A stretch of 64,000 nucleotides of DNA from Dehalococcoidia bacterium (GCA_041300405.1 JBGLNK010000001.1:1418545-1482544), one strand, 5' to 3'. Shown: positions 10,028 to 19,030, counted from the stretch's first letter. The notes: generated by a model from the letters alone, not told the origin. Translations and numbers: made by a program.

Positions 10028-10114
10028 CCCCTTTCCAACCAGAGGCATTTCAGCCAAACAGAAATATTTTAGGGTTGGAAAGGGGAGTTTGAAGGAGAGT
10101 CCCGATGAATCGGG
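10028..10114. repeat. intergenic hairpins
   Basis: CCCCTTTCCAACC (10028-10040) pairs with GGTTGGAAAGGGG (10073-10085); CCCGA-TGAA-TCGGG at 10101-10114. Confidence 0.6.
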
Positions 10115-10324
10115 ATCTCCGCAGGCTACTCCGCATTATAAGTACGAATTATTTTATAACGGGCAAGTTTAAAGGAAGTTCCTAAATCAATACACATAAG
10201 CAACCATATACAAACGGGGCTGCGCTGGGGCTGCAAGCCGGCGCACCGGCCGGTATTTGCGCCCGATTCCCGCATGCGCTACAATAAGTTGCAATATGAA
10301 ACTTCCTGTATAAAAGGAGGCGCT

Positions 10325-11698
10325 ATGGGTATCTCGGAACAGTTCGCGGCTAATGTGGTCAAGACCGGATTTAACGCTTTGGATAAGGTGACTGTCTCGC
10401 GGGCGAGGCTGCGCATACTGGATGCAATGGGCTGCGCCATCGCCGGGGCGAACGCGGCAGGCTGCCAGGCTATGCTCAACCTCGTGAAAAAGTGGGGCGG
10501 GGCGGCGGAAAGCACGGTTATCGCCCACGGCATTAAAGCGCCGGCGCAACATGCCGCGATGATGAACTCCCTGATGACGCGTTCCTTCGACTTCGAGCCG
10601 GTAGACGCGGAAGGCGATAACAAGTCCAGCCCGGCGCATATCAGCGGCACGACCGTCCCTACAGCGCTGGCCATGGCCGAACAGCAGGGCGCGAGCGGCC
10701 GGGACCTCATTACCGCGCTGGTGATAGGCGATGACATCGCCTGCAGGCTGGGAATAGCTTCCGGGTTCGATTTCGACTTGGGGTGGGACAATACCGGCAC
10801 GATTAACGGCTTCGCCGCGACAGCAATCGCGGGCAAACTGCTGAAGCTGGATGAAAAGCAGCTGCATAACGCGTTCGGCATCGCCCTGAATCAACTGGCG
10901 GGCACGATGGACGGCGTCATGGATAAATCCATGTCCTTCAAATTACCCATCGCGCTTTCGTCACGCAACGGTATTTTTGCCGCCGAGCTGGCCGGGCAGG
11001 GATTTGCGGGTGTGAAAGACCCGTTCACAGGCACGAACGGCTTTTTCAAGCTGTACTGCCGCAACGCCAACTTGCAGGACATCGTGAAAGACCTAGGTAA
11101 GCGGTTCTACGCCGATGCCGTCCACAAGCCGTATTCCGCCTGCCGGATGACCCATTCCTCCATCGACAGCGCGGTTCACATCTCGCGCGGTAACGATTAT
11201 AAAGAACCGGACATAGAGTCCGTGGAAGTGCGCGTGACGCCCACCGTTTGCCGGGGATTCTGCAGCGGCGACCTGGCTTACGGGGAGACGCCCCAGGTGG
11301 AGGCGGCATTCAATATTAAGTATGCCGTGGCCTGTGCTTTAATCCACCGGCAGGTGAAGCCCCAATATTTTACCGATGAAGAAATCCACAGTCCGGAAAT
11401 GCAGAGCCTGCTAAAGAAAATCAGCCTGTCGCCCTCTATCCCGCAAGAGAAAAACCCGCGCACGGAAATAGAAATGAAGATGAAGGACGGCCGGACGCTC
11501 AAGGCGAGCACGGATTTCCCGAAGGGCCATTACCTGAAAACCCCGCTGACCGCCGACCAGATAGAGGAGAAGTTCTACAGCAACGTGGCGTACTCCAATA
11601 CCGTATCCGCGAAGAAAGCGGAGAAGGCGCTGGAGATGATAGCCAGGCTGGAGGAGTTGAAGGATATCAGGGAGCTGACGGGGCTGCTGGTGAGGTAA
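10325..11698 (+). CDS. MmgE/PrpD family protein (2-methylcitrate dehydratase-like)
   Basis: AAGGAGG RBS then ATG 10325 (track start 10274 is upstream of the RBS); N-terminus FAANVVKTGFNAL.., length and overall pattern of the PrpD family. Confidence 0.85.
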   Translation: MGISEQFAANVVKTGFNALDKVTVSRARLRILDAMGCAIAGANAAGCQAMLNLVKKWGGAAESTVIAHGIKAPAQHAAMMNSLMTRSFDFEPVDAEGDNKSSPAHISGTTVPTALAMAEQQGASGRDLITALVIGDDIACRLGIASGFDFDLGWDNTGTINGFAATAIAGKLLKLDEKQLHNAFGIALNQLAGTMDGVMDKSMSFKLPIALSSRNGIFAAELAGQGFAGVKDPFTGTNGFFKLYCRNANLQDIVKDLGKRFYADAVHKPYSACRMTHSSIDSAVHISRGNDYKEPDIESVEVRVTPTVCRGFCSGDLAYGETPQVEAAFNIKYAVACALIHRQVKPQYFTDEEIHSPEMQSLLKKISLSPSIPQEKNPRTEIEMKMKDGRTLKASTDFPKGHYLKTPLTADQIEEKFYSNVAYSNTVSAKKAEKALEMIARLEELKDIRELTGLLVR

Positions 11699-11706
11699 AG
11701 GTTATA

Positions 11707-11731
11707 GGGAGTAGGGTTAAGGGAGTAGGGG
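11707..11731 (+). repeat. G3N4 heptad element (G-quadruplex-type motif), copy 1
   Basis: GGGAGTAGGGTTAAGGGAGTAGGGG; shares the 17-mer GGGTTAAGGGAGTAGGG with 52109-52125. Confidence 0.8.
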
Positions 11732-11799
11732 ATAACGGCTGTTACTGACCCCGTATCAAGTAAAAAGCAAGCTTTTGCCGGTATGGTTTTTATATAAGG

Positions 11800-12160
11800 A
11801 ACCTATCCCCGGCCCCTTCCCTTCGGCTGCGCCGGGGAAGGGGAGATTGTTTTTAGGGGTTTGTCTCGCCCCGGGTTCCCACGGGACTCGCCAAACCTAC
11901 TGTGCGGTGAACCCCACCTTTTCCCCTCCCCGAATGTATGCTCAAAGACGCAAGACTATAGTGGATCATCCTCCCTCCTTGAAAAGAGCCTGTACTGAGC
12001 AAAGCGAAGGGAGCGGCCGGGCTTGAAACCAGCCCCGACGTATATTTAATACTCAGTCCATCCCGATGAAAATCGGGATCCAGTTAGTTAGAGTCAGTGC
12101 AATTTAAATCCAGATAAAGCTATCCTGAATCACTGGATTCCGGCTTTCGCCGGAATGGTG
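11800..12160. repeat. noncoding stretch packed with hairpin repeats
   Basis: CCCCTTCCC..GGGGAAGGGG (about 11815-11850), ATCCCGAT-GAAA-ATCGGGAT (about 12060-12080), ATTCCGGC-TTTC-GCCGGAAT (12137-12156, inverted copy of the GTCATTCC family). Confidence 0.6.
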
Positions 12161-12239
12161 GAACGAGCACAAGTAGGTTTTTACAGGGCGGGTTAGGGTA
12201 CACTGCACTCACATTGGGGGTATTTACTGTTAAAATTAT

Positions 12240-12464
12240 AAGTATCAGGATTTCAGCATCCTTGTGAATATGGGGCGGATGGCCTACCCCGTGGGTATCC
12301 GCGGAGGGCTTGGCCGGCCGCGGAAGGTTCCAGTGCACCCAGTAAAAATTGCACCCTTGAAAAGCATCACGGTCTACCCGCGCTATTCCGGTGCGTCCGA
12401 GCGCCACATCTTCCGGTTTTGCCTTATATGTCTTAAAGTACTTCCCGTATTTTGTCTCTGTCAT
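12240..12464 (-). pseudogene. cupin paralog, 3'-truncated
   Basis: N-terminus TKYGKYF.. resembles 9427-9972 (SYKYGKYV); cupin motif HPPHIHKDAEIL is followed by AT-rich and repeat-derived sequence instead of the conserved G and the second motif. Confidence 0.6.
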
Positions 12465-12574
12465 TTTTTCTCCCTCCTGTTTTATTTGCCCATAGTATCC
12501 CCCATTTATATCTTTTATTCAAGCACTAATAAGGGGGAATTTGTCCTTTATTCAACACGTAGTCACAAAATGTA

Positions 12575-13261
12575 CTATCGTGACACGGCGTGGTCCCTGA
12601 CTGCCGGGTCCTGCCGGCTGGCGGTCCTGCCTTTGTTCAGGACATGTGAAACCGTTTCTTCTGGTGTCATGTTTGTGTTGTCGATAACGTTCACTCTGTC
12701 GTCAAAATCCAGCTTCTCATAGAAGTGTCTTATCCAGTATTCTGGCGTAACGCTCCCGTGGCAAGTCCTTGACTGGCAGCGTACTACAGCGGTCTGATAC
12801 TCCGGCCTGAGGAGGGAAAGTCGGTATTTCAAGTTGCGTGATTGAAAAATCTCTATGTACTTGTCCAGGTCTTCCGGCAGTATCACGGTGGACAAGACAA
12901 AATCATCCCCGAACATGGATAGGATGTCTAGTTCATTGGCAATTTCAGCGGCAAGTTCAATGAAATCCCACTGTGTCGTTCCCTTCTTGTGTTTTACCAC
13001 CTGGATTACACAGTCGCCGTCAATCGCCAGAAATCCTTTTCTAAGGAGTATTTCGGCAATGGTGGATTTGCCGCTTCCACAAGTACCGTTAAGTACGATA
13101 ACATTCCCGCCGTCGCACCTGTGTGTAATCTCCACTTCTTCACCGCAGTGAGCGCAAGTAGGCAAAACCGGCGACATGGCAAAGTCCTGCTTACGCAGGA
13201 TCTCATTGTAAACGGTAATATCCCTCTTTGCACGCTCTCCGCAATTCGGGCAAGTAATCAA
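12575..13261 (-). CDS. P-loop NTPase/kinase-like protein with N-terminal zinc ribbon
   Basis: CPNCG...CAHCG zinc ribbon then Walker A GTCGSGKST; TTG start with GAGG 8 nt upstream. Confidence 0.6.
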   Translation of the reverse strand: MITCPNCGERAKRDITVYNEILRKQDFAMSPVLPTCAHCGEEVEITHRCDGGNVIVLNGTCGSGKSTIAEILLRKGFLAIDGDCVIQVVKHKKGTTQWDFIELAAEIANELDILSMFGDDFVLSTVILPEDLDKYIEIFQSRNLKYRLSLLRPEYQTAVVRCQSRTCHGSVTPEYWIRHFYEKLDFDDRVNVIDNTNMTPEETVSHVLNKGRTASRQDPAVRDHAVSR

Positions 13262-13265
13262 CTTC

Positions 13266-13517
13266 TTACCTCAATCTCCCTCGGTATGGAGCATCGTCAC
13301 GAAATACTCGCCGTAGTATCGCCCTTCGGTTTGGTTGCGCCGTATCCAAAGCAGCTCTCTGGCGGAAGACTGGATCATCTCTCTCAGGGTCGTAAGGTGC
13401 ATGGTACTCGTCTGCCTGACGCGCGGGCAGAATCCCGGTTTCGCCCATGATTATACCAAGGCACGCTGCGGGATACAACGCAAGCCGGCTATTCTCAACC
13501 AGGGGATTTCGCGGCAA
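13266..13517 (-). CDS. hypothetical protein (weak call)
   Basis: Stop codon overlaps the RBS of the downstream P-loop gene, suggesting coupling; no recognisable motif. Confidence 0.25.
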   Translation of the reverse strand: MPRNPLVENSRLALYPAACLGIIMGETGILPARQADEYHAPYDPERDDPVFRQRAALDTAQPNRRAILRRVFRDDAPYRGRLR

Positions 13518-13732
13518 GCGGCCAGAGCAACAATTCGCCCAAATGTAAAAAATACTTTTTACGGAATATTTATATCCCGGATAAATTCAAAAGGTTGGGT
13601 GTTATATTGAGTGTCGCAGGACAAACATGTCCCGCTGCCATTCACGATGCCTGACCGGGAATCCGGTTATTACCTCCCGCGCTCATAAAGGGTAATTTCC
13701 CGCCTCGCTCAAGGAGTAGCGGGGTCGTTGCT

Positions 13733-13768
13733 CAATAAAAAAGGGGCGGGTTTGAAAAACCCGCCCCT
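13733..13768 (-). terminator. rho-independent terminator downstream of ilvC
   Basis: GGGGCGGG (13743-13750) / CCCGCCCC (13760-13767) stem followed on the minus strand by a T-run. Confidence 0.6.
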
Positions 13769-13777
13769 CCGCCTGAC

Positions 13778-13935
13778 GTCATTCCCGACCTGACCTGCCC
13801 TGTATGATAATCGGGGTCGGGAATCCATATTCAAATCATTTATTGATAATCATCTCCCAACTTCAATCCTGGAACTCACACAATCGGTCTCCCTTTCGTA
13901 AAGGGAGATAAAGAGGGATTTTTCCCCTTCCCTCT
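13778..13935. repeat. composite ~150-nt hairpin repeat element, copy A
   Basis: GTCATTCCCGACC...GGTCGGGAATCCATATTCAAATCATTTATTGATAAT...ATCGGTCTCCCTTTCGTAAAGGGAGATAAAGAGGGATTT; collinear with 38134-38266. Confidence 0.8.
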
Positions 13936-13941
13936 TCCTTA

Positions 13942-15042
13942 TTAGTTTTCCTGCCGTCCGCCAATGCCCTTGGCTGTTTTGGCGCCTTTCTTCTCCGGTT
14001 CCTTCGGACGCAGGTCTCGCGTAGCTTTACCTGCCAACCACATCTCGGAATTGTGCATTTCCCCCAGTTCCTTGCCGAGGAGCTCTTTATAGTTGGCCCC
14101 GCCGGTAGACTCGATGACGCGCTTTGTTTCCGCCCCGCTCGCCACCCGCTCGTAAAGGTCTTTAAAGACCGGCATGACCGCCGCTTTAAACTTCGGCCTC
14201 CAGTCCAGGGCGCCGCGCTGCGCAGTAGCGGAACAGTTGGAGTACATCCAGTCCATGCCGTTTTCCGATACCAGTTTGATTAAACTTTCGGTTAATTCTT
14301 CGACGGTCTCATTAAAAGCCTCGCTGGGTGTGTGTCCATGCGATCTCAAAATATCGTACTGCGCTTCCATGATACCTGCCAGCGCGCCCATCAGCACGCC
14401 GCGCTCGCCGACGAGGTCGCTGAAAACTTCCTGTTCGAAAGTGGTGGGGAAGAGATATCCGGCTCCGATGGCGATGCCCATGGCGATGCAGCGCTCTTTG
14501 GCCCGCCCGGTGGCATCCTGGAATACCGCGAAGCTGGCATTGATGCCTGCTCCGGATAAAAAGTTGCGCCGCAGGGAAGTGCCGGAACCTTTAGGCGCCA
14601 CCATGATTACATCGACGTCTTTAGGCGGTATTACGCCCGTCTGGTCTTTGTAAACGATAGAAAAACCGTGAGAAAAGTAAACCGCCTTGCCTGCTTTCAG
14701 ATGCTTCTTGACTGACGGCCAGACTAACCTCTGCGAAGCATCGGTGGTAAGCATTTCAATGATTGTGCCGCGTTCCACCGCCTCTTCTATTTCAAAGAGG
14801 GTTTTACCGGGTACCCAGCCGTCCGCTACCGCGCGGTCCCAGTCCCGCATGAACTGTTTGCTCTGCCCTATAATTACGTTGAAGCCGTTATCTCTCATGT
14901 TTAAAGACTGTCCGGGGCCTTGCACGCCGTAGCCGATAACAGCGATAGTTTCATCCTTGAGAACCTTGCGGGCTTTCTCCATCGGGAACTCGCTCCGCAT
15001 GACAACTTCTTCTTTTACACCGCCGAAATCAATTAATGCCAT
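13942..15042 (-). CDS. ilvC: ketol-acid reductoisomerase
   Basis: IAVIGYGVQGPGQSLNMRDNG Rossmann motif and full-length KARI-like sequence; GGAGAA RBS. Confidence 0.9.
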   Translation of the reverse strand: MALIDFGGVKEEVVMRSEFPMEKARKVLKDETIAVIGYGVQGPGQSLNMRDNGFNVIIGQSKQFMRDWDRAVADGWVPGKTLFEIEEAVERGTIIEMLTTDASQRLVWPSVKKHLKAGKAVYFSHGFSIVYKDQTGVIPPKDVDVIMVAPKGSGTSLRRNFLSGAGINASFAVFQDATGRAKERCIAMGIAIGAGYLFPTTFEQEVFSDLVGERGVLMGALAGIMEAQYDILRSHGHTPSEAFNETVEELTESLIKLVSENGMDWMYSNCSATAQRGALDWRPKFKAAVMPVFKDLYERVASGAETKRVIESTGGANYKELLGKELGEMHNSEMWLAGKATRDLRPKEPEKKGAKTAKGIGGRQEN

Positions 15043-15132
15043 AGTTTATTCTCCTTTCCGAATCATGAAATGACGAAACCGATAAAGTTATTCTAGCACT
15101 GGAAAGGAGATTCGTGCAATAAACACATTCAT

Positions 15133-15169
15133 CAAAACACTTTGCCCTCTCCATCGAGGAGAGGGCAAA
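15133..15169 (-). terminator. rho-independent terminator after the SIMPL gene
   Basis: TTTGCCCTCTCC-ATCG-AGGAGAGGGCAAA stem, T-rich tail on the minus strand. Confidence 0.55.
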
Positions 15170-15208
15170 AGGGATGCGTGTCAAAAATGGAATTATATTA
15201 TTGTGCCA

Positions 15209-15964
15209 TTACTTAATATTGTAAGCCACCTGAACCGTCAATGTAACATCCATTTCGCCGGGACTAACCGGTGAAGGCGTCGCGTCGGGGACGGACGGGG
15301 CAGGGATTCCGGGCGTGGACTTGATGGGGACTGATCCGCCGATTTCAACGATGTAAGTCGGTTCTCCCAGATTTACGCCGGATTGGTCAGCCAGCTGCTG
15401 TGCCTTGCTTTTCGCGTCGGCCATCGCCAGCTGCCGTGCCTGTGTCACGTAAGTTTTCGGATCGTCGATGGTAAAGCCGATGCTGTTTATCCGGATGTAA
15501 TCGCCGCCAGCCGATGCCGCGGCATCGATTATACTTCCCGTGTTTTCCACTTTCCTGATTTTCGCGGTTACGGTGTTGGTAACCAGATATCCGATGACTA
15601 CTTGCTGCCGGGTTGCGTCATCATATCTGGTAAGCTGTTGAATGTTGTAGCTGGTGGTTTGAATATCCTTCTCGGCCACCCCGCCCCCCTTGAGAGCGTT
15701 AACCACTGCGTTCATCGACGATGATGCCTGCCCCTGTGCCTGGCTGACTGTCGTGTCCTGAACCTGTACCCCCAGGCTCAAGATGGTCGTATCCGGCACG
15801 GCGGCAACCTTTCCTTCTCCGCTGACCCATATCCCCGTGCTCTGGTTGTTGAAGATTCCGCCGGTAATCGTCGAGTTAGCAGGCGATGTAGTGCTGCATC
15901 CTGCCAGCCCGATGACGGTTAACATTAATCCCAGGGATAGAACCAACCATAACTTTTTTCTCAT
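15209..15964 (-). CDS. SIMPL/DUF541 family periplasmic lipoprotein
   Basis: Start at MRKKLW (GAGGAG RBS), lipobox LAGCS; SIMPL-like repeats (..VSGEGKVAAVPD.., ..TTSYNIQ..). Confidence 0.75.
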   Translation of the reverse strand: MRKKLWLVLSLGLMLTVIGLAGCSTTSPANSTITGGIFNNQSTGIWVSGEGKVAAVPDTTILSLGVQVQDTTVSQAQGQASSSMNAVVNALKGGGVAEKDIQTTSYNIQQLTRYDDATRQQVVIGYLVTNTVTAKIRKVENTGSIIDAAASAGGDYIRINSIGFTIDDPKTYVTQARQLAMADAKSKAQQLADQSGVNLGEPTYIVEIGGSVPIKSTPGIPAPSVPDATPSPVSPGEMDVTLTVQVAYNIK

Positions 15965-16120
15965 TATACGACTCCTCATAATATACAAGATAACAAGCAC
16001 CTGTCTGTTTCGTTTAAAGTATAAAAGCTGCACGATGGAATAGTTATATAATTTGGCGTGGGAAAATTACAAAAATGTAAAATTTAAAGGCGGCTGGCGG
16101 CGCCGGCAGGCTGGTTCATT

Positions 16121-16480
16121 TTAACTCTCCTTTTTTACCTTGCATCCATGTCCGATTCGTTTTGCTTTTGCCATTCTCTGGATGTCTTTTCGGTATACTT
16201 CGCTTTTGAAAGGAGTCCGCGCGAGCAGACTGGTTAAAGATCCGGCGTGTTGATTTGCGGTTTCACGGTCGATGGCATAGATTATCCACGCGCCTTCCCG
16301 TGATGTCTTGAGAAAGCCGTTTTTATGCAATATACCAAGGTTGCGGGAAGCCCTGGTTTGAGAGATATCCAACGCTTGCATTATTTCACAGACGCAGCAA
16401 TCTCTCTTTAACAGGACGTGGATGATCCTGAGCCTGGTCTCATCAGAAAGCGCCTTTAATGCATCTATTAAATCCTGCAT
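16121..16480 (-). CDS. ArsR/SmtB family transcriptional regulator
   Basis: LSDETRLRIIHVLLKRDCCVCEIMQALDISQTRASRNLGIL winged-helix signature; start at MQDLIDAL. Confidence 0.8.
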   Translation of the reverse strand: MQDLIDALKALSDETRLRIIHVLLKRDCCVCEIMQALDISQTRASRNLGILHKNGFLKTSREGAWIIYAIDRETANQHAGSLTSLLARTPFKSEVYRKDIQRMAKAKRIGHGCKVKKES

Positions 16481-16587
16481 AATGTTTCTCTCCGGCGGGG
16501 TGGGGAATAAGCGTATATGCACATATCCGCATATATATTAGCAGGACAAATACTTTTATTCAATCGCGTTTTGTCAAAGCGAATCGG

Positions 16588-16635
16588 CTACTTCCTGTAA
16601 ACGCCATATTCTTTAGCTGCTTCAACTATCGCTTT
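16588..16635 (-). pseudogene. 3'-terminal fragment of a URO-D-family paralog
   Basis: Translates KAIVEAAKEYGVYRK* versus KAMVEAVKEYGVYRK* at the end of gene 527-1903. Confidence 0.7.
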
Positions 16636-16685
16636 CCTTCCGCCAGGAGACATTCACACAGAATCTGGGCACCAGTTTTTTTCAT
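16626..16685 (-). pseudogene. ilvB: 5' fragment (19 codons) of acetolactate synthase large subunit
   Basis: AGGAG RBS 11 nt after the ilvD stop; MKKTGAQILCECLLAEGK matches the conserved IlvB N-terminus, then stop. Confidence 0.7.
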
Positions 16686-16696
16686 AACGGACTCCT

Positions 16697-18352
16697 CTAT
16701 TTTGTAAACACCGCCCCGGTACTGGCGGAAGATACATTCTCTGTATAGCGGCGGAGATAGCCGCTCTTAATCCTCGGCTGGAATTCAGGCAGTTGCTTCA
16801 GCCGGTCGGCTATTTCTTTATCGCTTAGCTCGACGTCGAGTTTATATTCAGGAATATTAATATTTATCATATCGCCTTCCCTGACGGCGGCAATAGGTCC
16901 GCGGCTGGCGGCTTCAGGTGAGACGTGTCCGATAGACGCGCCGCGGGTAGCGCCGGAAAAGCGGCCGTCGGTAATCAGGGCGACTTCTTTCTCCATACCG
17001 ATGCCGGTAACCAGGGATGTAGGGGTCAGCATTTCACGCATACCGGGGCCGCCTTTAGGGCCTTCATAGCGGATGACCAGCACATCACCGGGTTTAATCT
17101 GTTTGGCTAAAATAGCCCTGGTTGCAGCTTCTTCAGAATCAAACACACGGGCCGGGCCGCGGTGAACCAGCATCTCCGGTGCCACTGCCGCTTTTTTAAC
17201 TACGGCGCCTTCCGGAGCCAGGTTGCCAAAAAGGATAAATAATCCGCCGGTGGCCGAGTGAGCGGTTTTCACCGAACGGATAACTTCGGTGTCCAGAGTT
17301 TTAACTCCGGCAATATTATCGCCGATAGTTTTACCGGTGACGGTCTTCGATTTTAGTTTTAAAAGATTTTTAAGCTCTCCCATAACAGCCTGTATACCGC
17401 CGGCCTGATCTAGATTTTCAATGTGATGCGGGCCTATCGGTCTTAAGTGGCAAAGGTAAGGAGTATGCTTCCCCAATTCATTGACCGAGGTTAATTTAAA
17501 ATCAATCCCGGCTTCATTGGCAATGGCCATAAGGTGCAGGACGGAGTTGCTGCTGCCTCCCAGCGCCATATCCACCGTAAAAGCGTTATAAATCGCATCG
17601 GCGGTAATGATATCACGCGGACGGATATTATCTTTGAGGATTTGCATTACCTGTTTTCCGGCTTTCCTGGCCAGACCGCGACGTCGAGCATCCGCAGCTG
17701 GAATGGTGCCGTTGCCGGGCAATCCCATGCCGAGGGCTTCGGTCAAACAGTTCATGGTGTTAGCGGTGAACATACCGGCACAACTGCCGCAACCGGGGCA
17801 GGCTTGCTGCTCCAGTCCTGACAACTCGGCCTCGGTCATCTTCCCGCCGGTTACGGCACCGACGCCTTCAAAGACATTATTTAGGTCGACTTTTTTACCG
17901 TTATAATGACCGGCCAGCATCGGACCGCCGCTGACGAAGATAGCGGGCACGTTCAGCCTTAAAGCGGCCATGAGCATGCCGGGGATAATCTTATCGCAGT
18001 TAGGAATAAATACCAAAGCATCGAACTGGTGAGCTTCGGCCATAATTTCAATCGAGTCCGCAATCAACTCGCGGCTCGGAAGGCTGTATTTCATACCGGC
18101 GTGGTTCATGGCGATGCCGTCGCAAACGGCGATGGTGTTGAACTCGAAGGACACGCCTCCCTCAGCGCGGACGCCTTCTTTCACAGCGTCGGCGATCTGG
18201 CGCAGGTGGATATGCCCCGGAACGACTTCGGTATAACTATTAACGATACCGATGAACGGTTTATCCATCTCTTCCCGTGTGCATCCAAGCGCGTACAGCA
18301 GAGAACGGTGCGGCGCCCTCTCCACTCCTTTTTTTACAGCGTCACTTTTCAT
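16697..18352 (-). CDS. ilvD: dihydroxy-acid dehydratase
   Basis: 551 aa, full-length IlvD signature blocks ([36 protein letters not shown]). Confidence 0.95.
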   Translation of the reverse strand: MKSDAVKKGVERAPHRSLLYALGCTREEMDKPFIGIVNSYTEVVPGHIHLRQIADAVKEGVRAEGGVSFEFNTIAVCDGIAMNHAGMKYSLPSRELIADSIEIMAEAHQFDALVFIPNCDKIIPGMLMAALRLNVPAIFVSGGPMLAGHYNGKKVDLNNVFEGVGAVTGGKMTEAELSGLEQQACPGCGSCAGMFTANTMNCLTEALGMGLPGNGTIPAADARRRGLARKAGKQVMQILKDNIRPRDIITADAIYNAFTVDMALGGSSNSVLHLMAIANEAGIDFKLTSVNELGKHTPYLCHLRPIGPHHIENLDQAGGIQAVMGELKNLLKLKSKTVTGKTIGDNIAGVKTLDTEVIRSVKTAHSATGGLFILFGNLAPEGAVVKKAAVAPEMLVHRGPARVFDSEEAATRAILAKQIKPGDVLVIRYEGPKGGPGMREMLTPTSLVTGIGMEKEVALITDGRFSGATRGASIGHVSPEAASRGPIAAVREGDMININIPEYKLDVELSDKEIADRLKQLPEFQPRIKSGYLRRYTENVSSASTGAVFTK

Positions 18353-18375
18353 CTTTCAGCCCTCTTTACAGCTTC

Positions 18376-18410
18376 AATAAAAAAACGGCCGTCCTTTTAA
18401 AGACGGACCA
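18376..18410 (-). terminator. terminator-like hairpin in the ilvD leader
   Basis: Minus strand GGTCCGTCTTTAAAAGGACGGCC followed by GTTTTTTTATT, only about 25 nt before the ilvD start. Confidence 0.45.
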
Positions 18411-18510
18411 AATAGAAATTATTATGCTTGAAGCCCGTATCTAAAGATAGCATTAATTTGAGTTTATTGTCAAGCTGAAAGCGTGTCTGGTAATCTATAG
18501 ATATTGAATA

Positions 18511-18544
18511 GAAAAATACCCCGTGACATCAGGACACGGGGTAT
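18511..18544 (-). terminator. rho-independent terminator after the GYD gene
   Basis: ATACCCCGTG...CACGGGGTAT stem plus TTTTT on the minus strand. Confidence 0.65.
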
Positions 18545-18651
18545 CTACATCACAAGAATGCGCTTACGAACCGTACCCAAACGCGCAACTAGTCGTTAAT
18601 CCGGTATGATTTGACTAAGCCATATTCGTATTTACCGGAAGGAATCCGGTG

Positions 18652-18954
18652 TTATTTGTCCAGGGAATTCGAAAGGTCGATTTCTTTGACAAAATCTTCC
18701 ACCGTTATAGCTCCCATCAGCATCGGCTCTAACGTGCCCCTGGAGCATATTTCAATTACTACCCGGGAAATGACGCGGGCGTTTTCAGCCTCGAGGATAT
18801 TTACGAAATCATAAGGCCCCAGGAGTTTGTACTGGCAGATTACTTTGGCGCCCATTTTTTCGATTTCCTTGTTGACTTCCCATATCCTGCCGGGGTTCTT
18901 TTTAACAGACTTCCTTCCTTCATTGGTCAAGGTGGTCAGCAGGCAATAAAACAT
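18652..18954 (-). CDS. GYD domain-containing protein
   Basis: 100 aa; MFYCLLTTLTNEGRKSV...LGPYDFVNILEAEN pattern of the GYD family; GAGGAGG RBS. Confidence 0.75.
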   Translation of the reverse strand: MFYCLLTTLTNEGRKSVKKNPGRIWEVNKEIEKMGAKVICQYKLLGPYDFVNILEAENARVISRVVIEICSRGTLEPMLMGAITVEDFVKEIDLSNSLDK

Positions 18955-19001
18955 ATGATGTTCCTCCTCATCTAAGCCGGTATTGTACTATTATTACATG
19001 T

Positions 19002-19030
19002 AGATTACCTTATAGACGGAAACTTGTCAA
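19002..19030 (-). promoter_or_regulatory. putative promoter of the GYD gene
   Basis: Minus strand TTGACA (19025-19030), 17 nt, TAATCT (19002-19007). Confidence 0.4.

Noticed and set aside
10187-10894. Long antisense ORFs inside GC-rich genes (also 908-1366, 3453-3797, 35388-35933, 50840-51385, 54252-54773, 59194-59808, 63376-63969)
   Set aside because: These are shadow ORFs opposite genes with clear family signatures. Their products are Arg/Ala/Gly-rich low-complexity sequence without motifs.
11707-11731. TTAGGG-like units read as telomeric repeats or as a CRISPR fragment
   Set aside because: There are only 4-5 imperfect heptads, internal to a bacterial contig, with no spacers. I kept it as a G-quadruplex-type repeat element instead.
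12120-12464. 114-aa ORF as an intact cupin protein
   Set aside because: The C-terminal 40 residues (..PPFRRKPESSDSG) are translation of AT-rich DNA and an ATTCCGGC hairpin repeat. The cupin fold is cut after motif 1.
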